Below, in pieces: positions 19,145 to 20,000 of a stretch of DNA of 20,000 bases. Under the pieces are notes generated by a model. It ran no database searches, was not told the origin of the DNA, and saw only the letters and a program-made list of their open reading frames with translations. Within the stretch, counting starts at the first letter, position 1; each line of letters begins with the position of its first letter. Both the position numbers and the translations under genes were made by a program. Where the stretch lies: assembly GCA_049322255.1 (NCBI GenBank), contig JBMORE010000152.1:49080-69079 (forward strand), written 5' to 3'. The stretch is from Myxococcota bacterium (GTDB taxonomy: Bacteria; Myxococcota; Myxococcia; Myxococcales; Myxococcaceae).

Positions 19145-19653
19145 AGGACGACGAGCACGACTTCACGCCGGTGACACGGGTGGGCGTTCGGCGGGTCGAT
19201 GCCGCCGAGCTGGTTTTGCAGGACGAGGTGCTCAACAAATGCGTGCTGGTGACGGCCCTCGGCCCCGAGCGTGCGGGGGCGCTGCTCCGGCTGGGGTTGG
19301 CCCGTCGCTACCCGGACAAGGCGGTGGTGTTTCGACAGGAGGAGGGAGGCGACTCGCTCTTCTTGGTGCTGCGCGGCGAGACGCGGCTGTTCGTACGCGA
19401 GGGAAGCGACTCCATCGAGCTGGGCGCGGTCAGCAAGGGCGAGGTCTTCGGAGAGGGGGAGGTTCTCTCCGAGGGAGGCGTGCGATCGTCCTCGGTGATC
19501 GCTGCCAGCGAGCTCGACGTGCTCGAGCTGCCGCGCAAGAGGGTGCGTGAGGCGGCCGAAGATTGCCCCGAGCTTTTGGTTCAGTTGCAGGCGCTGCGCG
19601 ACAAGCGCCAAGCCGCGCTCGAGGAGATGGCCAGCTTTCTCAACCGTTGGTGA
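19141..19653 (+). CDS. Stand-alone cyclic-nucleotide-binding domain protein (no HTH)
   Basis: VVFRQEEGGDSLFLVLRG...GEVFGEGEVL...RSSSVIA matches a cNMP beta-roll with the FGE and R of the phosphate-binding cassette. The TTG start overlaps the upstream TGA (TTGA). Confidence 0.85.
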   Translation: MKDDEHDFTPVTRVGVRRVDAAELVLQDEVLNKCVLVTALGPERAGALLRLGLARRYPDKAVVFRQEEGGDSLFLVLRGETRLFVREGSDSIELGAVSKGEVFGEGEVLSEGGVRSSSVIAASELDVLELPRKRVREAAEDCPELLVQLQALRDKRQAALEEMASFLNRW

Positions 19654-19665
19654 GGAGACGAAGCG

Positions 19666-19878
19666 ATGCCGGTCGACCAGCACTACGACGAGAGCGACGA
19701 GAAGGAAGAGGCGGGCGGCCCGCGCTCCTTCAAAGAGTTCGACTGCCCCAGCTGCAACGCCAACAACCCCGTGGGCGAGCCCTTCAGCGATGGCGATGAG
19801 GTGCTGTGCAACTACTGCGGCAGTGAGTACCGGGTCATCGTCAGCGACGAGGGGCGGCTGCGGTTGAAGGAGATCTAG
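19666..19878 (+). CDS. Small acidic zinc-ribbon protein, 70 aa
   Basis: GAGGAG RBS. FDCPSCNANN...VLCNYCGSEY gives two CxxC knuckles. Confidence 0.82.
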   Translation: MPVDQHYDESDEKEEAGGPRSFKEFDCPSCNANNPVGEPFSDGDEVLCNYCGSEYRVIVSDEGRLRLKEI

Positions 19879-19883
19879 CTGTA

Positions 19884-20000
19884 CTAACCGCGCTCGCCGA
19901 AGATGGCGGTGCCCACCCGGACGAAGGTGGCGCCCTCCTCGATCGCCACCTCGAAGTCGAAGGTGCTGCCCATGGAGAGCTCGGGCAGCAAGAGCGCGCG
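19884..20000 (-). CDS. yggS: YggS/PLPBP pyridoxal-phosphate homeostasis protein, 3' fragment (absent from the ORF track)
   Basis: Manual translation [38 protein letters not shown] matches the YggS C-terminal signature LSMG..D...AI.EGAT.VR.GT.IFG.R. Confidence 0.92.
   Translation of the reverse strand, partial: RALLLPELSMGSTFDFEVAIEEGATFVRVGTAIFGERG

Overview
High-GC bacterial chromosomal window, most likely from a myxobacterium (inferred from gene content and style). It comes from a draft assembly: there is a 100-N gap flanked by an exact 127-bp duplication. The housekeeping backbone is an FHA-domain membrane protein (divergent, running off the left edge), cysS, an M28 peptidase, uvrB-uvrC, a DUF507 protein and the 3' end of yggS. 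Between the peptidase and uvrB lies a small accessory patch: an AAA ATPase/DUF4143 nuclease-like gene, a frameshifted beta-barrel-like gene and a Phd-VapC toxin-antitoxin pair. The right half is an envelope-associated cluster. A DUF3108 - DUF4091/GH123-like - DUF3108 operon sits divergent from a lipoprotein - cNMP-binding protein - zinc-ribbon operon. The most striking observation is that the lipoprotein looks like a naturally circularly permuted alpha/beta-hydrolase esterase: the nucleophile motif is at the N-terminus, the canonical N-terminal half is at the C-terminus, and it carries a ~350-aa Cys/Asp-Gly-rich insertion. Also notable are several apparently leaderless genes, a 31-bp divergent promoter with overlapping -10 boxes, palindromic operators, a 15-aa tandem-repeat secreted protein and boxC-like intergenic repeats. 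All family assignments come from motif recognition by eye, not from database searches.
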